Source of the DNA: Vicugna vicugna
Taxonomy: Eukaryota
Assembly: GCA_013265495.1 (NCBI GenBank)
Contig: MU057936.1
Span: 323,195 to 387,194, forward strand
Length of the DNA stretch: 64,000 nucleotides
Reading direction: 5' to 3'
The position numbers were made by a program, and so were the translations under genes. This document shows positions 50,101 to 62,225 of this stretch, piece after piece. Every line of letters starts with the position of its first letter. The stretch's first letter is position 1. The notes under the pieces are model-generated. The model did not search any database. It was not told the origin of the DNA and saw only the letters and a program-made list of their open reading frames with translations.

Positions 50101-52760
50101 GAGAAACTATACCAATTCTCTACAATCTCTCCCAGAAGATAGAAACCATTGGAATATGTCCTAACTCATGAGGCCAGAATCACCCTAATACCAAAACCAG
50201 ACAAACACATTACAGGCAAAGAAAACTACAGACCAGTATCTCTCATGAACATACGTGTAAGAATCCTCATCAAAAGATTAGCAAATCAAATCTAACAATG
50301 TATAAAAAGAATTACACATGATGACCAAGTGAGATTTATCCAGGTGTGCAAGGCTGCTTCAACATTTGAAGACTGATGTAATCCATCACATCAACAGGCT
50401 AAAGAAGAAAAATAACATGATCGTATCAGTAGTGGAGAAAAAGAACTTGACAAAATCCAGCACTACTTTATGATTAAAAACTCTCAGCAAACTAGGAATA
50501 GAGAGGAACTTCCTCACCTTGTTAAGAACACCTACAAGAAAACATCTATAGCTAACATCATACTTAATAGTGAGAAACTCAAAGTTTTTCCACTGAGATG
50601 AGGAATAAGGCAATGATGCCCCCTCTCATCACTCCTTTTCAAGTTACACAGGTTGGGAAGTAAGAAATCAAACTGTCTTTGTTCACAGATGGCATTATCA
50701 TCAATGCAGAAAATCCAAAATAATCAACAACAACAAAAAAACTCCTGGAACTAATTAGCAAATGATAGCAATGCTGCAGGATACAAGATTAATATACAAT
50801 AGTTAATTTCCTATATACCAGTAATAAATAAGTGGAATCTGAAATTAAAAATACATTACCAATTACATTAGCACTCCCCCTACAAAATGAATTACTTATG
50901 TATGGATCTAACAAAATATGTACAAAATCTATGAGGAAAATTCCTCGTAATTGTGACAAAAAATATCAAGGAAGAGTTAAATAAATGGATAATTATTCCA
51001 TGTTCATGGACAGAAAGATTCAATATTGTCAAGATGCCAGTTTTTCCTGAGTTGATCAATGTATTCAACACAATCCCAATAAAAATCTAGCAAGTTATTT
51101 TGTGTATATCAAAAACCTTATTCCAACATTTATATGGAGAAGTAAAAGACCCAGAACAGTCAACTCAATACTGAAGGAAAAGAGCAAAGTTAGAAAACTG
51201 ACTTGACCCTATTTACTGACTTACTATAAAGGTACAGTAATCTATAGAGTGTGGTATTAGAGAAAGAGCACAAATAGATCAATGGAAAAAAAGAAAGAGC
51301 CCAGAAATAGATCCATATAAATATAGGCAACTGGTCAATAACATAGGAACAAAGGCAATATAATGGGCCAAATGGTGCTGAAACAACCAAACACTCACAA
51401 AAAACAAAAATGAATCTAGACAAAGACCTTACATACGTCACAAAATTTAACTCGAAATGGATTACAGACCAAATGTAAAATACAAAACTATAAAACTCCT
51501 GGAAGGTAACATAGGAGAAAATCTAACTGACCTTGGAAATAGCAATGACTTTTCAATACAACACTAAAAGTATGATCTGTGGAAGAAATAATTGATAAGC
51601 TGGATTTCATTAAAATTAAAAACTTCTGCTTTGTGAAAGACAATGTTAAAAGTATGAGAAGACAAGCCACAGAATGAGAGGAAATATTTGCAAAGTAGAC
51701 ATCTGATAAAGGAGTGTTACCCAAAATATACAAAAAATTCTTAAAACTCAACAATATGAAAAAGAAAAATCTGATTAAAAATGGACAAAAGATCTGAAGA
51801 CACCTCAAGAAAGATGATATATAAACAGCAAGTAAGCATATGAAAATATGTTCAGTATCTTCTGTCATTAGTGAATTTCAAATTAAAATGAAGTATTACT
51901 ACACACCTACTTGAATGGCCAAAATCCAAAATACTGACAAAACCAAATGCTGGTGAAAGCATGCAGCAACAGTAATTGTCATTCACCGTGGGTGGATGTG
52001 CAAAATGGTACAGCCACTTTGGAAGATATTCCGGTGGTTTCTCACAAAACTAAACATACTCTTACCATATGATCCAGCAATTGTGCTCCTTGGTATTTAC
52101 CCAAAGGAGTTGAAAACTTTTGTCTGCACAAAAACATGCATATTGGTGTTCATAGCAGCTTTATTCACAATTGCCAAAATTTGGAAGCAACCAAGGTGTC
52201 CTTCATTAGGTTAATGGATAAACTGTGGTATATCTAGATAATGGAATATTATTCATCACTGAAGAGAAATAAGCTGTCAAGCCATGGACAAAAATTAAAC
52301 ACATATTGCTCTGTGAAAGAAGCCAATATAAAATGCTCATACACTGTGTAATTACAGCTATATGGCATTCTGGAAAAGGTAAAACTATGGAAACAGCAAA
52401 AAGATCAGGGTTGCCAGGGATGAAGAGGCAGAGCACAGAGGATTTTTAGAGGAAACTATACTGTATGATGTTACAATGGTAGATGCATGCCATTAAACAT
52501 TTGTCCAGACCCCCAGAATGTACAACACGAAGAGTGAATGTTAATGTAAACAATGGGCTTTAGGTGATGATGTGCCAGTGCAGGTTCACTGCTTATAACA
52601 AATGTACCACTATGCTGCAGGATGTTGATAGTGGAGGAGGTTGTGTGTGTTTGGGCACGGAGGGTATATGGGAACTCTGTATTTTCTGCTCAATTTTGCT
52701 GTGAACTTCAAATGCTCTAAAAAATAGTTCAATACAATTAATAATAAAATATAAAAAAAA
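47180..52760 (+). mobile_element. Long decayed L1MC1-type LINE-1 (ORF1, ORF2 and 3'UTR, all frames broken)
   Basis: ORF1 at ~47180-48260. ORF2 EN (tgaagggatggagaaagata), Z/RT (aactacagaccagtatctctcatgaac, gaccaagtgagatttatccagg) and degenerate FADD at ~50680. L1MC1-like 3'UTR ending ctcaattttgctgtgaac..aaatgctctaaaaaata. Confidence 0.9.
47789..47980 (+). mobile_element. MER8-like Tigger2 MITE nested in L1 ORF1
   Basis: Terminal inverted repeats CAGTTGAACCTTGAACAA / TTGTTCAAGGGTCAACTG followed by TA. Confidence 0.88.
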
Positions 52761-52821
52761 AACTTGTGTGTATTGACTGAATAAAATTAATAAAACAAAA
52801 AACAGTAAAATGAAAAAATTT

Positions 52822-52916
52822 TAATATGAAAATGAATATACTGTATGTATATGCATGACTGAGACATGGTGCTATACACCAGAGATTGGCACACTGTAAC
52901 TGTCCTTCAATAAAAC
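52822..52916 (+). mobile_element. Short young L1 3' end
   Basis: atatgaaaatgaatat..gtatatgcatgactgagacat.gtgct.tacaccagagattg, nearly the same as 29718-29810. Confidence 0.8.
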
Positions 52917-52989
52917 ATTTTTTAACACTTCACTGATTTTTTTTAAAAACAAAGGCATGACTCCTTCTCCTCCTTTGTAATGACTTGAT

Positions 52990-54045
52990 CCATTTCCAGA
53001 GCTTCCCGTCCACCCATACTGCTCTTCTGAATTCCACCTGGATATCACGTAGTCATCTCAAACTCAACATGCCTAGTACTAAATTCTTGGTCTTCTTTCC
53101 CTCAAATTTTCTTCTCCAAAAATCTTCCATATCTCACTAAATGGCTACTCCATCCTTCTAGTTGCTCAGATCAAAATCCTTGGCATCATCCTTGACTCTG
53201 ATCCTCTGTCGCAATTCCCTTCCAATTCCATTTACAACAAGTGAGCAGGAAATTATCATTTATCATACCTCCAATATCACACTACCTTGACCTAAGCTTT
53301 CACCACCTCTTCTCTAATCAGTCTTTCTTCTGTTCTTGATCCCCTTGCACTCTCTTCTCCACAAAGCACTCAGATCGATCCTTGCCAAACAAATCAGATT
53401 GGATCACTTCTCTCTTTAAACTCTCCATTGCCTTCTTTCTGACTCCTTACAATGTCCTCTCACCATGAGCTGGACAGTCCTACATGACCTTCCCGCCCTC
53501 CAACACACCTTCTTACTTATCTGACCCTGGTTCTTATTATTCATCCCCACTCATTCATGCTACTCTAGCCACAAGGACTGTTTTTTGATTCCTAGCAAAA
53601 TGGTCTCAAAAAGGTACCACCTCAGGACCTCTTTGCTTGCTGTTCTCTATGCCCAGAAAGCTCTCCCTCCAAATAAGTGGTTTTCTCATCTCTTACAAGT
53701 CTTTGCTAACAGTCAAGTCTCCCCTGATCACTATCCTCCAACAGTCTCTATTCACCTATAGGTGAATACCTATAGATAGATGTTTCATTGTTCTCTTTTA
53801 CTTTGTATTTCTCCAAAGAATGCAATGCCATATGACATTATATATATATATGTATGTGTGTGTGTGGAAAGAGAGAGAGAATGCATGCTTATATTTTACT
53901 TATTTATTATCTCTAATGGGATGTAAGCTCCTTGAGGACAGAAATTTCCAATAAAAATAAATACAAGTATTTTATTCACTGCTATGTCCTCAGTGCTTAG
54001 AACAATGCCTGGCAAGTGAGACACACAAACATTTGTTGAATAACA
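52990..54045 (+). mobile_element. L2a LINE 3' region
   Basis: ccacctggat...catctcaaactcaacatg, cttctagttgctcag, gatgtaagctccttgagg, cagtgcttagaacaatgcctggca...atttgttgaat. Confidence 0.85.
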
Positions 54046-54632
54046 ATTACATAAATACTTATGATATGTCAATCTTACAGCAAGTACTGGGGCAACAGCA
54101 TTACAGCAGTGTGTCTAGACTTAATTTAAAAAAACCCTCTAAATGAGAACAGTTGTGAAAAAACACAATTGTGTAGCCATTAGAGGTAGCTGGAATAGCT
54201 GTACTGACTACTGTATTTACCAGCATCATTAAACTTAAAGAATCCAGAGTTCATGGATTATTTAAGTTCCACTGAAGAATAGTAGTATGCAAACACACCT
54301 CCCTTACAGATTATTCCTTCAAGTTCTCCTGTCTCTACCTTTAGATTTATTTTTCTTCACTCACTCTTTTCCCCTCTATTCTCTTGGTGCCCAATTCCAT
54401 TCCCTCCTGCTCTCTGGCTCCAGTTCTCTACTTCACCTATCATATTCCCTGAGTGCTACACTACTTCAAACACTCCAGCCGGATTTTCACCTCTCGTTAC
54501 AAATTCACATTTTCTTGATCCCTTAAAATTCTCAAATTCCAGTTTTTTTCTTCCTTTCTTCCTTCATTAACAATTTACCAAAAAATGTGTTCATCTTCAT
54601 TGCATCTACTTCCTGATCAACACTGTTCAAAG

Positions 54633-54808
54633 AAGTGGTTCTTAACCAGGGTGTACATGAAAATCTGGAATTTTTTCATGCCCAGTTTCCACACTCTGCA
54701 ATTTTGATTTGATGGGTTTACCTTGGAGGGAAGGGCACTAAATCTAAGAACGTTGGTGAAAACAGCTCCCTAAGCGAGCCTAATGCATAACTCAGATTAA
54801 GAACCATT
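54633..54808. mobile_element. MER5B-like MITE within an L2 remnant
   Basis: agtggttcttaacc ... ttaagaaccatt inverted termini. Confidence 0.6.
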
Positions 54809-55088
54809 ACCTTAAATACCTGCCATGTTTTTTTCAGGTCATAATAATGATAATGTCCCACCAACTGAGAAGTATAATGAAATCAACCTTCTGCACCTGA
54901 CATACCAAAAACAAAAAGGCTCCTGGTCACCAAATCCAACTGTGTTCTCTTAGTCCTATCCTTTCCAAACTTTAAATGGTATCTGATACCACCAGCTTTA
55001 AGCACACTCCTCTCTTCAATATCTTTTTGGTCTTTTGGGCTCCTTTCCCTTCCTCCCTGCCAACTTGTCTTAATGCCACCTACTACAT

Positions 55089-55257
55089 CAGTGCCACTCA
55101 ATGTCATCCGAGGGTGAGCAGCATCACTATCGTTTGGAAACTTGTAAGAAATGAAAATTCTCAGGCCCTATCCCAGACATCAGAAACTCTGGGGGTGGAG
55201 CCCAGAAAACTATGCATTCTTGTGATTACTGTGCCTGCTCATGTTTGAGAACCACTG
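55089..55257. mobile_element. MER5A-like MITE
   Basis: agcagcatcac...gaaacttg..agaaatg.aaattctcaggccc...cagaaactctgggggtgg...tttgagaaccactg. Confidence 0.8.
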
Positions 55258-55394
55258 TGCTGAGCCATCTATTTTAGATACATGGGAGGAATCTACAACC
55301 ACAGGACTGAAGCTCGAACAGAGTAGATGTCAATACATACATATTTTGAAGTTAATTGCTACTGAAATAAGAGCTCTCATAAGAAATGGCAATT

Positions 55395-55575
55395 ACAAAT
55401 AACAATACTACCATTTTTAGGCAATTAGTATGTGCTAGATATTATGATAGGTTGTTAATGTACCTGGTCTCACTTATCAGGTATTATACTTGTTTTTACA
55501 GATGAAGACACTGACACTTAGACAAAGATGTTTAACACCTTGCCTCCAAATTTCACACCCTTGACCACTGTATTA
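55395..55575 (-). mobile_element. MIR fragment
   Basis: aataacaatactaccattt...tatgtgctag...tttttacagatgaagacactga. Confidence 0.6.
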
Positions 55576-58500
55576 TTGTCTCCTGCATACAGGAGGAAAG
55601 AAAGGGAGTCTTGGACAGAACCCTAAGAAAATGACTCAACAGAAGTGATTGATGTTATCTGGCTAAAGTGTTAGAGGAAAAAAAAAAAAAACAGAAGTGC
55701 AGGGAGAAAGTCCAGGTGAGAAAAGTTTTAAGTAGGAAGCCTTAATTACAGTCGCTGGGAATTTTTTTTTTCCAGTGCGTCTACAGGCAACAGAGGATGC
55801 AGAACTTTTTTTTCAAGTAAGTTTTATGGATGCTACTCATTCTCTCTGAGTCCCAAGTTTTATTCACAAAACCCAGGCACTAATGTGCAATGTTTGGGTT
55901 GGACGGGGGGTTCAATGGTTAATATTATATAAAAAAAATGAGATGAAAAAGAGCTTTCACATTTAGGTGGAGAGGGGATAAATTAAGAAACTTAAAAGTT
56001 TACTAATAGAGGGTTGCCAGGATAGGTTTTCTGCTTTGCAGGCACAGAAAGCTGGAGTAACCAAGTAACCAATTCTGACTCATTTTAAAATTACAGTATC
56101 AATTCTATTCACTTATAAATTAATTATTTGCTCATGACATTCCCTCCAATGGGTAAATCCATTTACCAGGCGAAAGTTAGGTGTTGGGGTGACAAACCTG
56201 AGTTGGTAAGGAGCAAGAGGAAGATAATGCCTGTTACCAGCCAGAGGTGACTCGAAGGCAAGTGATGCTGGTAAAGACACCTGGCTGGCCAAAATAGTCA
56301 GGTGAAGCCTATTGAGGCTTAATATGAAGAGACTCACTAGCCAAATACTCAAATCACCTTGTGATCTAGGAAGAATACAATCAATTAGGTCTAACTGATC
56401 TAATAGGTTACAACTTCTTTAGTTAAACTAGTTTTCAGAAGACACCATCTGGCCAGCTTGATCCAGTTACAAATTCCTAAACTCCAGCAGCACCCTATTC
56501 GTCTCTTTCTACAAATGATTAATCTTCACTTCATGTTGACTTTTCACTAGTTTCAGTATCAGAAGTTGACCTTTAAAAAAATTTTTGGCCTTATTCGGAT
56601 GCCTATTTTGCCTTTATCTGCAAAGATTTTGCACCTCTTTTAGAAGGATAAACCACAGATTACTACACAGGGACATATTTCCATACTTATTTCTTATCCA
56701 CATCCCAAATAATGTTCAAATAGTAAACATAATTTCAGCACTCTGAATTCCTTCTATTGTCCCATGAACTTTATGTGATACAAATTACTATCTTTCTAAC
56801 AGCATTTATTAACTGTAAGTGCATTTATTAGTCACTTAGTACATGCCCAGCAGCCCCAAGCATTGGGGTTACACAGAAAACTCAAGTTCTGGTACCAAGA
56901 AGGAAATAAGGTCATTTGGTACCAGTTTAACACAAAAGGGGGTGATTAATTCATTCGGAGGGATTTGGCAAGTTTTTCCATGGGGTGAATTGGGCTGAGT
57001 CTGGAAGGATGAATAAGAGTTCATTAGGCACTGGAAAAGGGGGGGAAAATCCCTTACACCTCTCTCCCCAAATTTGGTTAATATTAGTGGCATTTAACTT
57101 AAAGTAACAGTAAAAGAAAGAGTAAAATGACAATAACAGAAGAAATCCTGATCACTTCATTTTTGGGGGGTTGGAGAGGGGACTGTGCCTTTAAACACAC
57201 TTTAGATCTGAAAGTAAATGTTTATAAAGCAGGATTCATAATCAAGGGAAAGGGGTGGAGGAGGAAGAAGTTGTTTTGTTGTATTAAGTTAAACAAATGA
57301 GTAAAAATATCAACTCTATGCTTGAGAACACATATACTACATTTCATAAGGACCCTAAGTTTGAAAATGAAAATCTTGGAACCTTATCTAAAATTACAGT
57401 ATTTTCCCTGTTGTTTTATATCTCCAATATCACTTTTAAGGTTCCTAAGGTGAATCTGCCGAAGAAATTGGCGGCATCTACACGCACCCAATAATCCACT
57501 GTTGATTGAAACCATCAACTGCACCCTAATCAACTTTCCAGTTACCCTGACCTTAGCACCTTCACATCCTTCAAAGTTTGTCTTAATTTCTACTATGACT
57601 ATCTCAAGGCATTAATTTAGCTCTAAGTTTTGACACTCCAACTCTTCATCCTTCCCATTATTTCCTCTTAAATTCCATTAGTTTCGCCTTTCTCCTGAAG
57701 GAACACTTAGAAAATACATCAAGAGCACAATTACAAAACCAATGGCTGCAGCCAGTCGGAACACACACACTAATTTCCACTCATACTCCTCTCGAGGCTG
57801 TTTGTACCTCTGATCAAAATCAGCGGACCAGGGAGGAGGAAAAAGCTGAGGCAGGAAGGTTGTTCCCCTCCTTCCAACTCCCCCATGCCTGCCCCGCTTC
57901 GCTCCCCGGTTCCCCAGGGCCGCACCGCGAACTCGTGAGCTCCCCTCCACCGACCTGCCCCCGCTGTCACCCGCCACTGCCTAGAAAACAGTCATAGCCT
58001 TTGTTAAAACGTCCACGAGCACAATGTACCAGAAGACGGACACATTCCCGGGGGCGGGGTGAAGAAAGTCACACGAACGCCACGCCCTCCTTGGCACTAG
58101 CTTGGGGCGACAGCCCACCTCCCCTACATTCCCTCCTCCCGAGACGAGGAACGTTCCTGGCAACTCTTCACTTCAAGACGGCAGCGTGGGGGAAGGGGTG
58201 GGCCCGGGACGCACGCCGCCCAGGGGCACCAAGCGGGGATACTTAACTTGAAGCTGGGACACCCTCCAGCGCCCTTGGCGAGTCTCCCGGTCCTGCCAAG
58301 TCTGAGTCCGGACTTTCAGCCTCTGGAGCCCTTTCCTTCAATCTCTCTCTTCACACACACCCTCGCCCGCTCCCGCCACACGCACTCTGCTGCCCACGCG
58401 GCCGGGGCCGGACACCCTCCGGCAATGCGGCCAACCCCGCTACCGTATGTCTGGCAGGTTTCTCCTTACAGGACCGAAGGTTCCCCGGGCAGTCACCCGC

Positions 58501-58579
58501 ACACTCCCCTATCCCTCCCGGGACGCTCGGCCGGAACCACGCTCGCCGGCTGCGAGCTCCGCGCAGCCACAACACTCAC

Positions 58580-58680
58580 CGCGCGCCCCGCGCCGCTACT
58601 CCGCTCTCCGCCAGCCGCCAACCGCGCCTGCGCACTCCCACTGCCGCGGAGCTCGGTAGGAGCCTGGAGCCGGGAGCCGC
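58580..58680 (-). other. Non-coding first exon of an unidentified gene (TSS end approximate)
   Basis: Minus strand ...GGCGGAGAGCGGAGTAGCGGCGCGGGGCGCGCG|GTGAGTG with consensus donor GT at 58579-58578. There is no ATG in the exon, and GC boxes lie immediately upstream. Confidence 0.7.
58624..58634. promoter_or_regulatory. NRF1-type motif GCGCCTGCGCA
   Basis: Matches the NRF1 consensus (TGCGCAGGCGC on the minus strand) near the inferred TSS. Confidence 0.6.
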
Positions 58681-58702
58681 CGGGACGGGAGGTGGGAAGC
58701 AG

Positions 58703-58768
58703 CGGGGCGGGGCTAGGAGAGGAGGGGCGGGGCGGGGCTAGGAGAGGAGGGGCGGGGCGGGGCGGGGC
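58703..58768 (+). promoter_or_regulatory. GC-box (Sp/KLF) cluster formed by a 25-bp tandem duplication; G-quadruplex-capable
   Basis: CGGGGCGGGGCTAGGAGAGGAGGGG at 58703-58727 and 58728-58752 plus a partial third unit; nine GGGG runs and six GGGGCGGGG matches. Confidence 0.85.
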
Positions 58769-60189
58769 CTCCGCCGCCTTGGTCCTGAAGACCTAGCGCT
58801 CAGGGTGCCGAGCTAGAGCTTTCCACTCTTGAGATCTGTTTATTAACAGTGGCAGGGGAGTCTTCGAGGCTCCTGGATGCACCCACATAAACTCAAGAAA
58901 GCTCAGCTTGGCGCGGAGCCAAGCTTGCCAGCCCCCGGGGTCACCACGCCTCTCCCTGGAGCCACCCTAGATCCTCGCGAGCCTTTCACCCTTTTACATG
59001 CCTATCTCCCCACACATTATTCCGCCCACTGGCCTCTCTTCATCGCGCGCAATACTCAGCTCTCTTCCAGAGGTGAGCAGCATGGAGATCTCTCACCCAC
59101 AGACCGCCTGTGCAGGGCACCCTATTTAATACGTCTCTGCTGTGTGTGAGCCCAGAAAGTAGTTGGTAACTTTCCAACCGTTGCCCACTGTTACAGCTCA
59201 GCCTTTACCCAGCGAACAAAGTCTTTTGCTAATCCTGGACTTCAGCTGACAACATCTGCTTTTTATTAAAAAAAAAATCTTGAACAAACCTACCCGAATA
59301 TCTTGGGAAGAACACATGTTGTCAAATAAGACCCATCTTTGATTAGGAAGCCACCTCAGAATCTGAGCCTTCTTAAAAGCCCCCCTGAGAAACAGAATAT
59401 TCAGCCTGTGTTGTCCTGTGGATTTTGCCCTAATGGTTTCAGGTTTTCTGGCATTAAGCATTTTAAGAAGCCTAACTTGATTATTATTCCATGCTGCATG
59501 CGTGCTTAGTTTTCAGTTCTACGCTTTTCTGTTTAAAATCTGGTCAGCTGTGGTAACTCACGTGCCTTCAGATCAGCTATTAAAATAAACACACCTGAGT
59601 GAATCCAAAGTGAATTGGCCTGTGGGCCTGAAATGATTTATTCCAAGTTACTTTTCTTTTCCTCTTAGTTTTACTTTGGTTTGATGGAACTGAGGAACAT
59701 TTGGCTTATTAAGAATAAAAGAAATGCCACAGGACCACGCCAGTAGTCCTTCCCAGCAAGTATTTTGACTAAAAAGGGAAAGGAACATTTTGGGGGAGAG
59801 TCTGGTAATTGCCCTTAGAAATCTGAATATCCTGACATTCTTCCCATTAACCTTTGCAGTTCTTCCATTTGTGTATTTTACAAACCAGACTTTTGGAAAT
59901 CATTTCTATTTTGCATTTGTCAAATAAGCAGAGGGAGACTGTAGTGAGGACATATTGTAAGAGTGTATGTATGTTGGCAAGTGGAGACACAGGATCTGTA
60001 GGCTGAGTAAATCTGTAAGTGCCTGAAGTAGGACCTTGCCCTATTCGTTTCGCTGGTAAAATATTTCACGTACGAAAGGTGCTAGAAGAAAAAAACAACA
60101 CTGGGTTAATAAAGATAATTTTTGCATCCTTAATAGATGTGTCTGTATGTTTGCTCACTTTCATTTGATTACCAGAATTATTTTCTTAT

Positions 60190-61130
60190 TTTATGTCTGA
60201 CTTCGTCTGAATATTTTGACTTAAGTGATGAAAACGAAAACAAAGTAGCTTAGGCAAAAAGAGAAAGTTATTGTGTAACCCAAGTTGCGAAAGGGTAAGT
60301 CTAGGATTGGCTTTAGGAATAAATGGAACCAGTAACTGAATGCTTCAAATTCCAGGTTAGGCTCTCAACCCTGCCTCTCTTGGAAGGGGTCATTCTTCAG
60401 AACCTCTGAAAGTCATATTGTGTAGACTTGGAACCACGGCCTCTGGCAAACTGGGCTTACACCTACCAAGCGGTTACCACACACAATGTGCCTCTCCGGT
60501 CAGTTCCAATTTTTAGAACACCAGATTAACAGCGTGATTGAGTGAGCTGAGTAATATAATCATTGAGAGAAAGCACAGGTGTGACCTAAGAATGGTGTCA
60601 GCCGAGGCGGGGCTGAAGAGGGATTCGACGAGGTGAGCTGTCCAACTGGAAAAACGCGCGAGAAGCCGACATGGAGCAAAACAGCACTTTACTGCAGTAC
60701 AAGCGGGCGGTGCCTGCGGCGGGCGGCAGTGGCGGCGGCACTCTGCACTTTGTTCTAGTTCAATAAGACGGCGCTGCCCACGTGGCGCACTTGTCCTCTT
60801 TTTATCTATTTTTGCCTGCACACGTGCAGTGTTTCTTTCTTTGTTTATGGGGCTTACATAACATCACTAGCGCATGCGTACTTCTATTTTCTTTGTCCTA
60901 AGACTTATTAACTGGCACACGCGTACAATCACTGTTTACCTTATTTATAGGCATGTTGTTGTGACCCTCGCCCTGGGTCCCACGGCCTACTCGTTCAAGG
61001 CTGCTGACAAATGGTACCCCCAGTAGAACCACATAGTCGGAGGAAAAAATGAAGAGAAAATTTCTAAGTGAAAACAAAAGGTAGAAGGAGATGCTGTTTC
61101 CGGAAGAAGAGAAAAGTGCTAGAGAGACCA
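60190..61130 (-). mobile_element. Old MaLR LTR remnant (MLT1K/L-like) split by a young LTR
   Basis: aaagtagcttaggcaaaaagagaaagttattg...tggctttagg..ctggcaaactgggcttaca, reverse-strand MLT1 signature. Confidence 0.5.
60596..61009 (-). mobile_element. Young 414-bp ERV solo LTR
   Basis: TGTCAGC...GCTGACA 7-bp inverted termini and a perfect 5-bp TSD AATGG (60591-60595, 61010-61014). Minus strand has TATA-like motifs (60944-60949, ~60800-60806) and an AGTAAA poly(A) signal (60688-60693). About 27 CpGs by hand count. Confidence 0.88.
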
Positions 61131-61251
61131 AAAAAGAAAAAAAAAAAAGGTTCACCATGGAACAACTGTATTTAAGGAATACAGCCTTGGAATTTCTTTG
61201 ATCTCTCCGAATTTTTACTCAAGTACTAATCAGCCTTCTCAGTAATGTCTC

Positions 61252-61723
61252 TGTATTGGTTTTCTATGGCTGCTGTAAAGTAAAAAAATTACCACAAACT
61301 TAGTGGTTTGAAACAACACGAATGTTTTACAGCTCTGAAGGTCTGACGTCTGAAAAGGGTCACTGGGTGAAAATCAATTGTCAGCAGAGTTGAGTTCCTT
61401 TATGGAGGCTCTAAGGGCTTTCTCGACTTTTCCATTTTCTAGACACCACCCATATGCCTTGGTTTCTGGCCCCCTTCCATCTTGAAAGCCAGCAATATTA
61501 CTCTCACACATTGACAATTCTGCTTACATCTTCCACATTTAAGGAGCCTCGTGATTATATCAGGCCCACCCAGACAATCTGAAATAATCTCCTTATTTTA
61601 AGGTCAGCTTATTAGCAACATTATTTCCACCTGAAACTTTAATTCCCCTTTGCCGGGTAACATAATATTTCCACAGGTTCTGGGTATTAGCCTTTGGGGG
61701 CAAGGGCATTATTAATCCTATCA
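61252..61723 (-). mobile_element. MaLR LTR (MLT1D-like)
   Basis: tgtattggttttctatggctgctgtaa...aattaccacaaacttagtgg...ggcccacccagacaat...ataatctccttattttaaggtcagc. Confidence 0.85.
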
Positions 61724-61869
61724 TGCTCTTTATTTTCATAAAGCCACAGAGCCAAAGGCATTGGTTCCCAAACTGGGACACCTGTGACAAATACTGACGT
61801 CTGGATACCACCCCCAGATATTATGATTTAATTGGCCTAGAATCCATTGACCCCTTGACACAGACACAC

Positions 61870-62225
61870 ATATACATGATTGGATCAGGATGGAGCATCT
61901 CACCCACGTGAAGCCAACCAGAGAACTTGCCTGGGGATTCAGAATGCAGAGAGGGAGTTGGTAACACTGGGTGTCTGAAGCTATAACATCAATTTAGGAG
62001 CTATGGCATCAGGAGAAACAGGAAGAAAAGGTCAAGAGAAGAAGAGATAGAAAGAGAAAAGAGGTAAACAGAGTGGAGCCAAGCCTGGGTTCTCAGTGGC
62101 TGTCTGCTTCCTGGTTACGGTGGCATTCTCACCATTAGCTTTTATGTGGCACCACTGCACTCTCATAAGAAATTCTTATTTTACTGAAGCTAACTCAAAT
62201 TGGTTTCTCTTGCCCAAACCCCCAA
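61870..62225 (+). mobile_element. Old MaLR LTR remnant
   Basis: gattggatcaggatggagca...aagccaaccagag...tgaagctaactcaaattggtttct. Confidence 0.45.

Larger units (their letters stand above)
57880..59110. promoter_or_regulatory. CpG island / promoter of the minus-strand gene
   Basis: Abrupt GC- and CpG-rich block in an otherwise CpG-depleted window. It contains clustered GC boxes, an NRF1-type motif and a consensus splice donor. Confidence 0.92.

Noticed and set aside
47431..51868. Several hydrophobic, membrane-protein-like ORFs on the minus strand
   Set aside because: They are antisense translations of A-rich L1 sequence, which yield Phe/Leu/Ile-rich peptides by composition alone.
58580..58680. 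Assigning a gene symbol to the minus-strand gene
   Set aside because: No coding exon is recognisable in the window, and many genes share a non-coding first exon with a ~55-60 kb intron. A BLAST search is needed.
58248..58796. 182-aa ORF and overlapping ORFs in the CpG island
   Set aside because: It has no ATG start (TTG) and a Pro/Ala/Arg/Gly-rich composition expected where GC-rich DNA lacks stops. No recognisable domain.
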